The notes: generated by a model from the sequence alone, not told the origin. Numbered from the whole stretch's first letter, positions 1 to 14,103 are shown. The stretch: DNA of 63,489 bases, filler included, from Octopus bimaculoides (GCF_001194135.2; 4 parts of 4 records of this genome joined end to end with filler, not necessarily neighbours in it); one strand, 5' to 3'. Numbers and translations: made by a program.

Positions 1-27
1 TGTGTGTGTGTGTGTGTGTGTGTGCGG

Positions 28-62
<35 letters not shown>

Positions 63-427
63 CGTGCGTCTTTGTGTTTTTGTTTGTCCCACCTCCATTG
101 TTTGACAATCCGTATTTGTTTGTCTACATCTGCTTATGTATCCGTAACTTAGCGGTTCAGCATAAGAGACCGATAGCATAAGTGACAGACTTAAAAATAT
201 ATACTGGAGTCGACTTTATTCGACTTCAACCATTCAAGGCGTTGCCACAGCATGACCGCAGTCCAATGACTGTAACAAGTAAAAGATGAAAGAAATGTGT
301 ACGAAATACCTCACATGGATGAATCGAGGGCCCGTCATGAATGATGTGACTAGCGATCATCACGTATTTCGGGTCTGTCGAACACCAAACATACTCGACG
401 AAGGTAAAGAATGCGCACACTCCCTGT

Positions 428-467
428 TTAGGGTTAGGGTTAGGGTTTAGGCTTAGAGCTAGGGTTA
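428..467 (+). repeat. Short interstitial telomeric repeat (TTAGGG)3 plus degenerate units
   Basis: ttagggttagggttaggg tttaggc ttagag ctaggg tta. Confidence 0.8.
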
Positions 468-930
468 CACCGAAAACGGGTGATGTGCGTGTTCTTTACC
501 TCCACCACATGCTCACCCTGGTAACCCATTTGAAGTTGATTAGACCCTGGCTTGTGTCCCAGGCCTTTAAACTCCAAACCACCCGGTTGGTGGCTTTCTC
601 TGTAGCTTCATTTACAGACTAAATGGCCTTCAATCAAGATCTCATGGTTGAAGTTTCATGTGTATTACACCTAGTCGTTATCGTTCCTGTTTAACACCAG
701 GTAAGCCTTCATTGCGCATTCCTAGGGGAAAAGTCGTTTAAAGTGGGACTAACAACATCCTTTAGTGTAATTATGCCTTTTTTTTCTGATGTCACTTTAT
801 CTCACTGGTGTTTTTTTGTAAAGATAGTACTGTACTCGATGATTTGAAGGTGGTTTACCTGCTGTTTCTCCTCAGTCGAACAAGACCAAAGGATCAACAG
901 CGTAATATACGCATGTCTAATTACTTGTAA

Positions 931-1147
931 GGCGAAGAGCTGGCAGAAACGTTAGCACGCCGGGCAAAATGCTTAGTGGTATTTCGTCTGTCTTTACGTT
1001 CTGAGTTTAAATTCCGCCGAGGTCGACTTTGCCTTTCATCCTTTCAGGGTCGATAAATTAGGTACCAGTTGCATAGTGGGGTCGATCTAATCGACTGGAC
1101 CCCTTCCCTAAAATAATTTCGGGCCTTGTGCCTCCAGTAGAAAAGAG
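931..1147 (+). mobile_element. tRNA-derived SINE family 1 monomer
   Basis: Head GGCGaaGAGCTGGCAGAA…GAGTTtAAATTCC (A/B-box-like); many copies in the window; flanked by diverged direct repeats 903-930 and 1148-1175. Confidence 0.8.
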
Positions 1148-1176
1148 TAATATACGCATATTTAATTACATGTAAA

Positions 1177-1613
1177 GCGACGAGCTGGCAGAAACGTTAG
1201 CATGTCTGGGGCGAAATGCTTAGCGGTATTTCGTCTCCCGCTACGTTCTTAGTTCAAATTCCGCCGAGGTCGACTTTGCCTTTCATCCTCTCGGGGTCGA
1301 TTAAATAAGTACCAGTTACGCACTGGGGTCGATATAATCAACTTAATCCATCCGTTTATCTGTCCTTGTTTGTCCACTCTGTGTGAAGCCCTTTGTGGGC
1401 AGTAAAGAAATGAGAAACGTTAGCACGCCGGGAGAAATGCTTAGCAGTATTTCGCCTGTCTTTACGTTTTGAGTTCAAAGTCCGCCGAGGTCGACTTTGC
1501 TTTTCATCCTTACGGGGTCGATAAATTAAATACCAGTTGCGCACTGGGGTCGATCTAATCGACTGGCCCCCTCCCCCCAAATTTCGGGCCTTGTGCCTAG
1601 AGTAGAAAAGATG
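1177..1613 (+). mobile_element. SINE family 1 dimer with 16-bp TSD
   Basis: Two related arms joined near 1413; TTTAATTACATGTAAA at 1161-1176 and 1614-1629. Confidence 0.85.
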
Positions 1614-2089
1614 TTTAATTACATGTAAATAAATGTACATCAATACATGTACGTCAGTACATGTACGTATTAATACGTATATAACAGATACATAGATACA
1701 TACAGGCAAGCAGACACACACACACACACGCGCGCGAGCAAGCATACGTACATACACACACATACACACGCAAACATACATACATTCATGCATGCATACA
1801 TACATACATACATACATACATACATACACATTTATGTGCGCATTTATGAATACCGAGAGAGAAACGTATAAACTAGTCCAGCTTCAGTTTCTAATTGGGC
1901 ATACAATAACCAAAGGTCTTTCCACCTGTGACAAACCCTCGACTTAAAAATCAGTGACAACTTTCCTCGATTTATCCTACCAATTAAAAAAACAATTTTT
2001 TTCTAATGATTTGAAAGAGAATTGATGCTATTTCTAACAGGTCCATTGACTGCGCAGATGTCTCATTGGCTATCACTAAGTAATATACA

Positions 2090-2280
2090 GATGTATGTAT
2101 GTATGTATGTATGTATGTATGTATGTATGTATGTATGTATGTATGTATGATGTATGTATGTATGTATGTATGTATGTATGTATGATGTATGTATGTATGT
2201 ATGTATCTATCTATCTATCTCCTCTATCCCTCCTTTTCTCTCTCTATATATTTACATATGTATGTATGCATATATATGTG

Positions 2281-2313
<33 letters not shown>

Positions 2314-2464
2314 AATTACGCATTTCTTTGTATATGTATGTATGAATGTATGTATGTATGAATGTATGCATGTATGTATGTATGTATGTATGTATCTATC
2401 TATCTATCTGTATACACACACATACACACACACACACACATATATATGAGTGTATATATATATA
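2090..2464. repeat. Compound (ATGT)n/(TG)n/(CA)n/(TA)n microsatellite
   Basis: Direct inspection; one of many such tracts in the window. Confidence 0.95.
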
Positions 2465-2827
2465 NNNNNNNNNNNNNNNNNNNNNNNNNNNNNNNNNNNN
2501 NNNNNNNNNNNNNNNNNNNNNNNNNNNNNNNNNNNNNNNNNNNNNNNNNNNNNNNNNNNNNNNNNNNNNNNNNNNNNNNNNNNNNNNNNNNNNNNNNNNN
2601 NNNNNNNNNNNNNNNNNNNNNNNNNNNNNNNNNNNNNNNNNNNNNNNNNNNNNNNNNNNNNNNNNNNNNNNNNNNNNNNNNNNNNNNNNNNNNNNNNNNN
2701 NNNNNNNNNNNNNNNNNNNNNNNNNNNNNNNNNNNNNNNNNNNNNNNNNNNNNNNNNNNNNNNNNNNNNNNNNNNNNNNNNNNNNNNNNNNNNNNNATAT
2801 ATGTGTATATCTTTATATATATGTTTG

Positions 2828-2860
<33 letters not shown>

Positions 2861-2909
2861 CCATATATGTATAGATGCATGCATATGTAAGTAATCAATA
2901 GTGTAATAG

Positions 2910-3042
2910 GTAATGATGTTGTTGGTAGTAGTTGTGATGGTAGCGATGGTGTTGGTGGCAATGGTGGTGGTCGAGGTGATTATGATGGTGATGATGATGA
3001 CGGAAGCGGCTTCGTCGACGACGACGATGACGACGACGCTGC

Positions 3043-3074
<32 letters not shown>

Positions 3075-3085
3075 ATGGTGAGAAA
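2910..3085. repeat. Cryptic trinucleotide low-complexity tract (GAT/GGT/GAC/GCT)
   Basis: Direct inspection. Confidence 0.85.
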
Positions 3086-3404
3086 GATGACAGTAAGAGT
3101 TAGTAGGCGGAAGATGTGCATGGTGACAGAAAATTTCTCCTATAAAAGAGTTTCAGTTAGCCACACAAGCGGTTTTGCTGTTTTCAAAATCGATAATATT
3201 GTCTAGACGAATGTTTATGTTAAAGTTTATTGACAAGTTCCAATCAATAGGTTTGAAAAAGAAAGAAAGAAAGATAGGTAGAAAGGAAGAAAGGAAGAAA
3301 GGAAGGAAGAAAGGTAGTATTAAAATTCATTTGTTAAAAAACGTTATATTATAACAACATTTTGCTTGGATATGTATGTGTGTGTGTGTATACATACATA
3401 CATA

Positions 3405-3455
<51 letters not shown>

Positions 3456-3949
3456 NNNNNNNNNNNNNNNNNNNNNNNNNNNNNNNNNNNNNNNNNNNNN
3501 NNNNNNNNNNNNNNNNNNNNNNNNNNNNNNNNNNNNNNNNNNNNNNNNNNNNNNNNNNNNNNNNNNNNNNNNNNNNNNNNNNNNNNNNNNNNNNNNNNNN
3601 NNNNNNNNNNNNNNNNNNNNNNNNNNNNNNNNNNNNNNNNNNNNNNNNNNNNNNNNNNNNNNNNNNNNNNNNNNNNNNNNNNNNNNNNNNNNNNNNNNNN
3701 NNNNNNNNNNNNNNNNNNNNNNNNNNNNNNNNNNNNNNNNNNNNNNNNNNNNNNNNNNNNNNNNNNNNNNNNNNNNNNNNNNNNNNNNNNNNNNNNNNNN
3801 NNNNNNNNNNNNNNNNNNNNNNNNNNNNNNNNNNNNNNNNNNNNNNNNNNNNNNNNNNNNNNNNNNNNNNNNNNNNNNNNNNNNNNNNNNNNNNNNNNNN
3901 NNNNNNNNNNNNNNNNNNNNNNNNNNNNNNNNNNNNNNNNNNNNNNNNN

Positions 3950-3991
<42 letters not shown>

Positions 3992-5107
3992 TACATATAC
4001 ATATATATATATATATACACAGACACAGACACACACACACACATGAACGCACGCACACACACACACACATTTGTGTGTAAACATAAATATATGTATCTGT
4101 ATAATGTTTACGCGGTCATATTGTCTATGTTAGTAATATTTTCGTTAGTATTAATGTAATTCTATTTATATTCCTATCGCTGTCTATTTCCTTTCAATTA
4201 ATCTGAATCTTTCTTCGCCGATACAGTTAGTTATGTTTCTATTGATTTTTATTTTCTTTTTTAAATTTCGGTTGTGATTTTTTTGTTATTTATCATACTC
4301 TTCTTCTTGATCATTTTTGCATTGATTTTTGTTAGCATTGATAGTTTTATAGTTCTCAGTCTTAGCTTTCAGTTATATAACTCCATTGACATCTAGTGTC
4401 GGCTTACAGGAATATAAAATCCACCCGAGCATTTCTCAGGTCTGGACTCAAACTCATTGCTTCGACGAATGAGAGTTCAGTAACATACAGTTGCACAATG
4501 TCCTTAGTTCACAAGATCTGTGAACTTGGCCGCCTGTGTACAGGGTCAAAGGTGAAAGACTTCCAACAGCATCCTCTATTTGTCTCCGTCGCCTCTTATC
4601 CTAGCGTCACTGCCCTTATGAAGAAGGTGTGATAGAAGTGGTGTTGGCATCTTGCTTTACTGAACGACCTAGAAGACGAATAGTATAGAAGGCAGAGCTA
4701 GTAACACTCTCTTGTCCTTCAAATGTATTGATTGACCTGATGTAACAAGTACTACAGCCTAGTAGTTATAAGGGTGTAAATCTTGTATAGAGTTACCTTC
4801 TCTTAGATGCACAGCTGAAGAGCTGAAGGGCCTCATTTTCCCTGGGTCTGTTAGGGTGTCTATGAATGGCATTCTTCCGAAGGAAATTCCGTGACATACA
4901 AATTAACCCACGGCTGAAACCCTGACAAGTGCTATTACTCCGGATTAGGGTAGCTCTTGGAACAATCGTAGTTAAGAGGTGGTTCCACGCTCCTCAAAAC
5001 TCCGGAACTCCCTAGCTAGGGTTCCACTACCGGAATCAGTTTAATGTCATACGTAGGACACTTTACAGTCAAATGACTGTAACGATTAAAAGAATGAAAA
5101 TTATATA

Positions 5108-5621
5108 TTGGGTTGGCAACTAAGTTCCCGCGTTTTTTTTTAAATTTTGGAATCAATTTTTTTCGAGAATTCTATTTTTGAATCATTTTGGAATCTATTT
5201 TTTTTCTAGTTAATTTTAGTTAACTTTTGTTTATTTTCAGATCATTAAAATGGAATGTCAAGTCAAGAAAAACGAGCATTTTCGACACCTTTTTGCTTTT
5301 AATCAAGGTTTTAAGGTCGCAAAAGCTGCTCGCGATATTTTTGCTATGTATAGAAGGGGTGCCATAGCTGAAAGAACCGATCGTGATTGGTATACCAAGT
5401 TGAAAAATGGAAATTTTGACCTCAAAGACGCACCTGGTTCTGGCCGTCCAGTTGAGTGCGATGAAGAGCGATTAAACTAACTTTTGCACGAAAATTCTCG
5501 TTAAACGACAAGGGAACTGGCAGAGAAAATGGAATGCTCCCACACTGCTATAGAGAAGCATCTTCACTCGGTGGGAAAGGTTCAGAAGTATAGAGCATCG
5601 GTTCCGCATGCTTTAAATGAC
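5108..5621 (+). mobile_element. Mariner DNA transposon relic (mellifera-subfamily-like), 5' TIR plus disrupted transposase, cut by a gap
   Basis: TA|TTGGGTTGGCAACTAAGT terminus. Translation EHFRH…SGRPVECDEERLN*LLHENSR*TTRELAEKMECSHTAIEKHLHSVGKVQKYRASVPHALN (HTH domains, degenerate WVPHEL) with in-frame stops. Confidence 0.88.
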
Positions 5622-6455
5622 NNNNNNNNNNNNNNNNNNNNNNNNNNNNNNNNNNNNNNNNNNNNNNNNNNNNNNNNNNNNNNNNNNNNNNNNNNNNNNN
5701 NNNNNNNNNNNNNNNNNNNNNNNNNNNNNNNNNNNNNNNNNNNNNNNNNNNNNNNNNNNNNNNNNNNNNNNNNNNNNNNNNNNNNNNNNNNNNNNNNNNN
5801 NNNNNNNNNNNNNNNNNNNNNNNNNNNNNNNNNNNNNNNNNNNNNNNNNNNNNNNNNNNNNNNNNNNNNNNNNNNNNNNNNNNNNNNNNNNNNNNNNNNN
5901 NNNNNNNNNNNNNNNNNNNNNNNNNNNNNNNNNNNNNNNNNNNNNNNNNNNNNNNNNNNNNNNNNNNNNNNNNNNNNNNNNNNNNNNNNNNNNNNNNNNN
6001 NNNNNNNNNNNNNNNNNNNNNNNNNNNNNNNNNNNNNNNNNNNNNNNNNNNNNNNNNNNNNNNNNNNNNNNNNNNNNNNNNNNNNNNNNNNNNNNNNNNN
6101 NNNNNNNNNNNNNNNNNNNNNNNNNNNNNNNNNNNNNNNNNNNNNNNNNNNNNNNNNNNNNNNNNNNNNNNNNNNNNNNNNNNNNNNNNNNNNNNNNNNN
6201 NNNNNNNNNNNNNNNNNNNNNNNNNNNNNNNNNNNNNNNNNNNNNNNNNNNNNNNNNNNNNNNNNNNNNNNNNNNNNNNNNNNNNNNNNNNNNNNNNNNN
6301 NNNNNNNNNNNNNNNNNNNNNNNNNNNNNNNNNNNNNNNNNNNNNNNNNNNNNNNNNNNNNNNNNTATATATAAGGATTTAGATAATCCTATCAGTTGGC
6401 GCTATTAAGTTAGACATGGCCTGGACCAATCTTTGATCGAAACATATCTAAGTTT

Positions 6456-6487
<32 letters not shown>

Positions 6488-8363
6488 AATGAATGTTTTC
6501 AGAACGGTGGAACATAGGACAAATTTCCACGAGGTATAATGACAGATCTCTTTACGTTCATAATTCCATTGCCACGGAGACCAATTCTTGTCCTTCATTC
6601 TTTCACAATCACTAAAAGAAGGTTTAGTCAGGATTTGAAATTCTATTCAAACGTCTAAACTATTTTGCCTAAAATTAATGACCATATTTCCAAGGAAAAG
6701 CGTCATTGATATTGAAATTATCGGATTGAAAATGTATGCCTGGATTTGTATTTGTCTCATATTTAACTGATGTGTAATAATTCCGAACAGAACCTTCTTT
6801 TAAGTGTAGTTAAGTATTGTACTTCAAATACTTGGAGGACTCTTTTTTATGTCACCATCTGACGTTCTGTTGTCTTTTTGTCCCAAGTTAACTGTGACAG
6901 AGCAGAAGGCAGACCAGCTGTGATCATCTCATCTTTTTACTGATGTGCTGTGCTACTGCATGTATGCAATGTGCCGTTTTTCTTTTTATTTGAAATGTTT
7001 GATTTGATAGTGATTTCGCCGGATTTCTTGCTGATCATGCAACCACGTAGAGGGGATCCATTGTTAGGTCAACAAAATTAACCGATGAAGACGGATGAGG
7101 GATGTCAGCAACATTAACCGATGAAGACGGATGAAGACAACATAAAAACACCCCAACATCTCTCGTAAAGTTGAATATCTGCATGTCAGCTGCTCGCCTT
7201 CTTTCCTCTTAAATATTCATTCGTCGTATTTCGCTTCTGTACTTTTTTTCTTTAGAGCAAGATCAATATGATCGATAGTTCATGGAAGATGTGAAGTTAA
7301 TTTACTTTTTGTGAATAGAAGAGTGATGGAAACCAATGGCGCCCTCAGCAAGAATTAAACAAATATAGCAACGCATTCAAGCATTTAGTTTCTTCATCTC
7401 GCCATTGTGTCATTCTAATTCTATTCACAATAAGAAAGGAAAATAATGATAATATGCTATGGCAAGAGAAAGAGTATGTCCAGAAATTGTGGAAAAATTC
7501 TCGATCTGAAATCCATCAACTTTTACTTCCCTGCTTCAATTCTTTTCACCATTAAACCAAATTTGGCCTCCTCCTCATCTGCGTTGCATCACAGATAACT
7601 GATAAATTTATGCAATCTTCAACACAGTTCTCTGTTTTATTTTCCCCACCAATTATTCCTTCTCTTTATTTTGTTCACAATTGCTAATCTGCTCCCAAAG
7701 CGACAGCACTTTTCTAAATTTCTCACTGTTTGATGAAGAAATATATCCGAAACGTTTGATAATTTATTTTTCATAGAAACTGGACTTGTTGAACTTTTCT
7801 ATGAACTGTGTTTTTGTATGACAGCTATGACAAGAGCATAGAAAATGGTGTATATTTCTGATGGATGAAGTCCTGATTGTTGCTTATTGTCTTTCTCGCA
7901 CAGTTAATACCGTTGAGAACGCTATGTTAAAGTTTCCATTTTTCCTTCCAGTGAAATCAATACCTCTCCTCATTAATTGTCAATATGCGAAGGATAAATA
8001 ATTATTATGTAAGATTTCTGAAATTAATCAAGTGTAATCTAAGTGCATTTATTTCAGTACAAATCAATTTTATTTGAAATATAGCAATTCTCAGTAACAC
8101 GGGAGTGTTCTACATAATAATCGTAACCAACTCATGGTCTCAGCTCACCAGAAGGAAGCAACAAAAATAATATCGATTTCTTTGGACAATGACCAACATC
8201 AATTTCCCAAGAAATTAGTAGTCAATCGAATTGATCATTATAACTATTATATAAATGGCACTGGTATTAATTTAAACAAGTTATGATCAACAGAGAGCGA
8301 AGACATCGGTAGTGGTCTACGTCGACCAAATTTATTCAGGGAAATTCACGAGTTCGTTTAGCG

Positions 8364-8614
8364 CAGTGGGGGTCCATATAAACCTCGGGGGTTCATATGA
8401 ACCTTGGGGGTCGATATAGACTTTGCTTTTAAAAATTTTGCGCAATAAATTGGTAACACTTTTACAATGCACAAAATATTTTAACAATTGTTCATACAAT
8501 TCATAATATTTGAATTATAAAAATATTTCTTAAACATCAAATAGCCGTAGGAATCCACCCGAGTAAAATAGAAATCAAAGTGGTCTATAGGTAAAAAATG
8601 GTTGAGAACCACTC
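8364..8614. mobile_element. hAT-type MITE with 8-bp TSD
   Basis: CAGTGG…GGTTGAGAACCACT(C) termini; GTTTAGCG at 8356-8363 and 8615-8622. Confidence 0.75.
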
Positions 8615-11167
8615 GTTTAGCGTAATTAGAAGAAGAATCTGACCGTTCGAGACTAACCTTTGGGCCTGAGAAGTAGAAAGTATTTCCATTTTTCTCTTTC
8701 AAACAGCAAATCAATCTCGAAATGTTACGTTCTTATTTATTCTACGTCACAATAACTTATCCAACCTCATGAACTTAGGTTATAAGTCATAGAGGAGCAA
8801 ACAGTAAACCATTCCTAATGAATTTGTAAGCTGAAAATAGAAATTAGTGTGGATGGTACTCTGCTTCTATGAAATACAACACGATTTTTGTCTTTGGGCA
8901 GCAGCTGTTATTTCTTATTTGCTTATCCCTAGAAAGTATGAAAGATGGCTGATATTTCCTTCAAAATTTGCTTTTCTCAAACTTGTCTCCACTTGAACAG
9001 CTAGAAAGAAATTGAACTGTTGAGCTTTCTATCCCTGCTCTTATAATTCCAGCTGTGTCACCAGAACGCTAATGATGTTATTAAAACTTTTAAAAATTTC
9101 TCGAAAGTTCTAGAAAATTCTACTTCAGCAACTCAGCGCAGAATTTATCTGAAATGTAATGGAAAAGTAGATCAGTTTCAAAACAGTGATGTCCAGGTCA
9201 TAAAAGCAAAGTTTTGTAGGGAATAGTAGTCATTTCCTTTGATTTCTAGCTAGAAGGAAATAGGAAAAAACACTTGCTAACCGATGACAAAAAAAAAAGA
9301 TTAAATAAATAAAAATAAAAGTTTTGTTATAGAGTGTAATATTAGTACAAGACCTGGAATTTTGGAGAAACGGAGGAGTCGGTTATATCTATCTCAGTTC
9401 TATATCAAATCCAGAAGGGTGAAAAATAATATTGAACTCAGCACGATTTGAACGTAAAGTACTGTATAATATTTAAAAATGGTAATTTCTTAAAACTTTT
9501 CTAAAAATAATTATTATTTCTTCATTAAAAAAAGATGCCGATTCCAGTAACTACGGCGGCAAAGTGGCAGAATTGTTAGTATTCCGGAAAAACTGCTTAA
9601 CTGCATTTTATCCGATTTTATGTTCTGAGTTCAAATGCTACCGAGGGCGACTTTTAATCTTCCGAGGTCGATAAAATAGATACCAGTTGGACACTAGTAT
9701 CTTACATCATCTCCCGAAATTGCTGGCCCTGTGCCAAAATTTGAAACCAATATTGATTCCAGAAAGGAAGATTCGTCATATAATAAATTGAATAATAAAT
9801 ATTATCTCATCAATACCAAGTAATATTATGATAGTTCGATCTACAATCGATTTGAGAGTCTTAGCGCCGATTGCAACAGGACAGTGTATATTTACTTTTA
9901 GTCTTATGGCGCTTTTATTAACAATGTACAGGAAAGTAAATTATTTTGTATTTAATAACAAGAATTATACTTGATGTAAGACATCCAATTTTCTTACACA
10001 CTAGAACATTCTCACTCACATGTATGTATACAAGCTAAAAGTAGATATCAGAGAGACCTTGTTATCCCAAGTTGAAACTGCAGCAGTTAAAAGATGTTGA
10101 AGCGCTATTTTGACGGAGACTAAAATTATTGTATTGTTGAAAAACGTTCTAAAGCTTCAGCAGGTATCTGAAGATTACAAGCGTTTCATCCCTTAGCTTG
10201 TACGCTTCTTCCCTGAGCAGAATAGAAAGGATTGAATTAGTTTTTGCCTATTGAGGGCTTCTATCTGCTGTCTATTCTCAACTACGGCCATCTTGAGCTG
10301 TTTTAACTGCTTAAAATGCCTTTCCAATGGCCTTTTTTTTAGTTGTTCCTAATCAACATTCTGATGGTTGCTGGTAAATCGCGGCAACTGACTTCAATGA
10401 TGAATGAGGTTACATACTGTCTTTTGACAAGAGTTTCATCAAGTTAATCCTCATTGTTGGCTTCTTTAATTCATCCAGTTCAGCACTGTAAGTTCAGGCA
10501 TGCTGATCATTTTTCTGCTACTGGATAGAACTATGTGTGATCAGAGCGATATTCCTGACACCTGTCAAAAACACGAGTCTACCCTCCAAGTTCACTTACA
10601 TTTACATGCCAGGAGTTTAAGGCAAAATATTAAACGGATTCCAGAGTCACTCTTTCCTTAGAAGGCCTATCTTCCTTAAGGAATCTGATACTTTTGGATG
10701 GTAATACTGGTTCCTTGACGGCCTGAACTCCTTGCAGTTTCGTTCACTTGGCAGTTTCTGTAAGGACCTTATCGAGCCTCTACTTGTCTCGGCCTTCTTC
10801 TTGTGCTCAAGGGTATCTAACCGGAATGTGGTTCATGGTACAATGAGCTGTTCGATACTGCTCACAGGATGGGTCTTCTTTGAATTCAGACAAGCCGTCC
10901 TACTGTATCCTGGCGAGCAGTCTCTGCCAGAATACAATAGGACAGTATAATTAGTACAATATAATTGTGGTGTTCCTGTATTGAACCTTAGACCTTCTAC
11001 ACTATGGGCCTTCTCTTGCCTTTGCCATTAGCGTGTCACGTCCCCCTCTTGCTGCTATAGTTCTTAAGTCATGGGCATCCTTGATAGAATACCTTTATAA
11101 TCACTCTTTTCTTCTTGTACTTTTCAGATTCCTTCCCAGCTTGCCAGTGTTTACAGACAGACAGACA

Positions 11168-11219
<52 letters not shown>

Positions 11220-12490
11220 NNNNNNNNNNCACAAACACACAGATACAATGCCATCCATTGAGGAGTTAAACTCAATGAAGAAAAACCCACTAGTTAGGGT
11301 CACAGTGAAGTCGTGGAGAGCAGCGTGGTGGATGTGAAGTTGGGCATGTTGATCTTTATTCGGCGAAACTACACGACACAATCTGGGTGGAAGAGCCTCT
11401 TCAGCCAAAAGTCAGTCTAGGGTTACCAATCCAATTCGTAGAGTACTGCCAGTTGATACAACACGCGATTCATCAATTCACTTTAGTTGCTTAAAGCCAC
11501 CATGGAGTTCTAAACCTCATAGTGTCACCAACTGAAGTTAGATGAAGAGAAGAGAATATATAAATTTATAACAGAAGATGGAATGAACAGGCTTTAATCC
11601 AAATTACAATTGTTTCTGTGCATTAATAATAGTTTTTGGCTGCAGAATTTTCTATATTATGCATATTATTATATAGGTATTATATTAATATGATTTAGCA
11701 ATAGCTGTGTACTCGCACGTTATCAGGTGAGCAGCTTAGGTGCAGAGTGGTCGAATGGTTGAGAAGTCCACTTTTCAATCACCCGGTTAGTTTTCGTTCA
11801 TACTGAGGAATATCTTGAATAAGCATCGTATACTATAATCTCGAGCCAACCCATGGTTTGCGATTGAAATCGAGTAGACCTGTGATTGAAAGGCTCAGGC
11901 TTGTCATTTAGTTTCGTATTGATTTTAGTTTGATAGATTGAGAGCTACTTTAAGGACACCAATGTCCGAGGAATACTCAGGCAGTTATACACTAATATAA
12001 AAGAAAGCTCTACAATTCGGTTGAACAACAGAAAACTCTCTCTCTCTTCTCTCCTTCCTCACCTCTCTTTCTCATCCCTTCCCCCAGATGCACACATGCA
12101 TTTAAAAGTTTTGTTAAAAGATTTCTTCGCAAGTTGCAATTTCTTCTGTTCGAATTACCTTGTAAAATTCGTGTTCGAAAAGCTGAAAACAGAGAAAAGC
12201 GCTTATACAAAAACTTCCTTGCATCAGGTCAGATTTTATCTACTTTTTAAAAGTTATTTTATATTATTAATGATTTCTTTTAGTTGAAGGAAAAAAAATC
12301 TTTCTTTCAAATATATATGTGTATCTGTTTGGTTACATACATTTGTGTGTGTGTGTGTGTTTGAGCGTGTATGCAGGTGTGTGTGTGTATGTGTTTAAAC
12401 ATTCGTAGTAGACATGCAGTCATCAAATTTACTTATTTCTCCGTAGATTAAATAACTGATGAACAGGCATTTTACATATGTATACACACA

Positions 12491-12533
<43 letters not shown>

Positions 12534-12710
12534 GCATGTATGTAGTATGTATGTATGTATGTATGCATGTATGCATATGTATGTGTGTGGATTTGTATAT
12601 GTGTATGCATGTATGTGTTTGAATATGTTTGCCTATATGCATATGTATATATATGCATGTACGTGTGTACGTATGTATGTATGTATGTATGTATGTATGT
12701 ACGTACGTAT

Positions 12711-12744
<34 letters not shown>

Positions 12745-13425
12745 TATATATAAGAGATTTTAATGTCATTTTGCGACAACCACCAAATAACGTTAAGCAA
12801 TGAATCATGCAAGGTTTTCGAATTTTTTGTTTTCTTCCTATAAGAATATAATATTGGAAGCGTCAAGTATTATTAAAATTAGTTTTTTATGGGGTTAGTC
12901 TGACCTAACCATTTTGAAGGTTTATTTACAACAATGATATCACATTTTGCTGAAGTTTCTCGCCTCTTAAAATTATGTAGCTGAAGATTTTGTCCCAGAG
13001 TAGTGATAAAATGTTTGTTTTCTATTTCTAATCTTCGCACAATGATTTAATACTCGTCATGGAGATCTAGGAACCGAACTTGAACATATACAGGGAACTT
13101 CAAGATGTACTGCACCCTCTTATCTAGAGCCTTTGCCATGACCTTCACATTAACTGGGACTTTATTCACATTCCGAACAAACTGGCTATTAAATGTTTGT
13201 AAGTTTATAGGAAATGTCAATATCATTGAAAAATGTAAGGTTCAAGCGTGCCCGTGTGGTTAAAAAGCTCGCTTTGCAACCACGTGGTTTTAGGGTTCAG
13301 TTCCATTGCGAGGCACCTTGGGACAATATCTTCTAAAATCCCACCACAACCACAACCACAACCTTACAATCATTGGCGCAGCACTCTAGCCACTAAGCCA
13401 ATCACATCATATAAATATATATATT

Positions 13426-13465
<40 letters not shown>

Positions 13466-13551
13466 TTTATGTCTGCGTTTGTCTCCTATTCACTGCTTGA
13501 ACTTAGCAAAACAGAATGATAGACGTTTTTTGTCAGACAAATAAATAAATA

Positions 13552-13583
<32 letters not shown>

Positions 13584-13810
13584 ACGAAAGAAAGAGAGAA
13601 GAACTGGATTACATCTATACGACGTAATCTTCAAGGCGGTGCTGAAGCATGGCCGCAGTCCAATGATTGAAACAAAAAAATAAAAATAAAAGAAATATGG
13701 GAAAAGTAAATAAAGTGGAACTTAATTTGTAATCAGATTCAGAATGAAACAGGTTTTGTTTAAACGTTTTGGTGTAGCAAATAATCGTTGACGGAAACGA
13801 AGATTTAGGA

Positions 13811-14103
13811 CAGTGGTTTCCAAAGTGGGTGGTACTGCCCTACATGGAGGAGGTGGAAAGATCCGGTGGGGAGGGCTTTGAAAAATAAATTGGGGCGAGA
13901 ATAGAGTGGTTAAAAGGGGGGTGATGGATGTATAAGCAAACAAAATAATGAGTTAATTAGGTTAAATTTTATCTGTGTAATATAGTTGTTTTGAATTTGC
14001 TGTAGAAAGTAATCTATGTTTGTGGTGGTGAGTGGGAGTGGGCGCTAGGAATGTGGCCCGGGTGCCAAAGGGGTGGTAGCCCTAAAATGTTTGGGAACAA
14101 CTG
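13811..14103. mobile_element. hAT-type MITE with 8-bp TSD
   Basis: CAGTGGTTTCCAAA…TTTGGGAACAACTG termini; TSD ATTTAGGA / ATTTAGAA. Confidence 0.75.

Noticed and set aside
1356-4159. Many long ORFs (MYVCMYV…, YIYIYI…, X-runs) here and throughout the window
   Set aside because: Products of microsatellites and N gaps.
10140-11520. Coding-looking GC-elevated region
   Set aside because: All frames I read were interrupted by stops and had no diagnostic motif; probably an old retroelement, but this is unsupported.
13240-13330. tRNA-like heads as tRNA genes
   Set aside because: They continue into SINE bodies and no full cloverleaf is evident.
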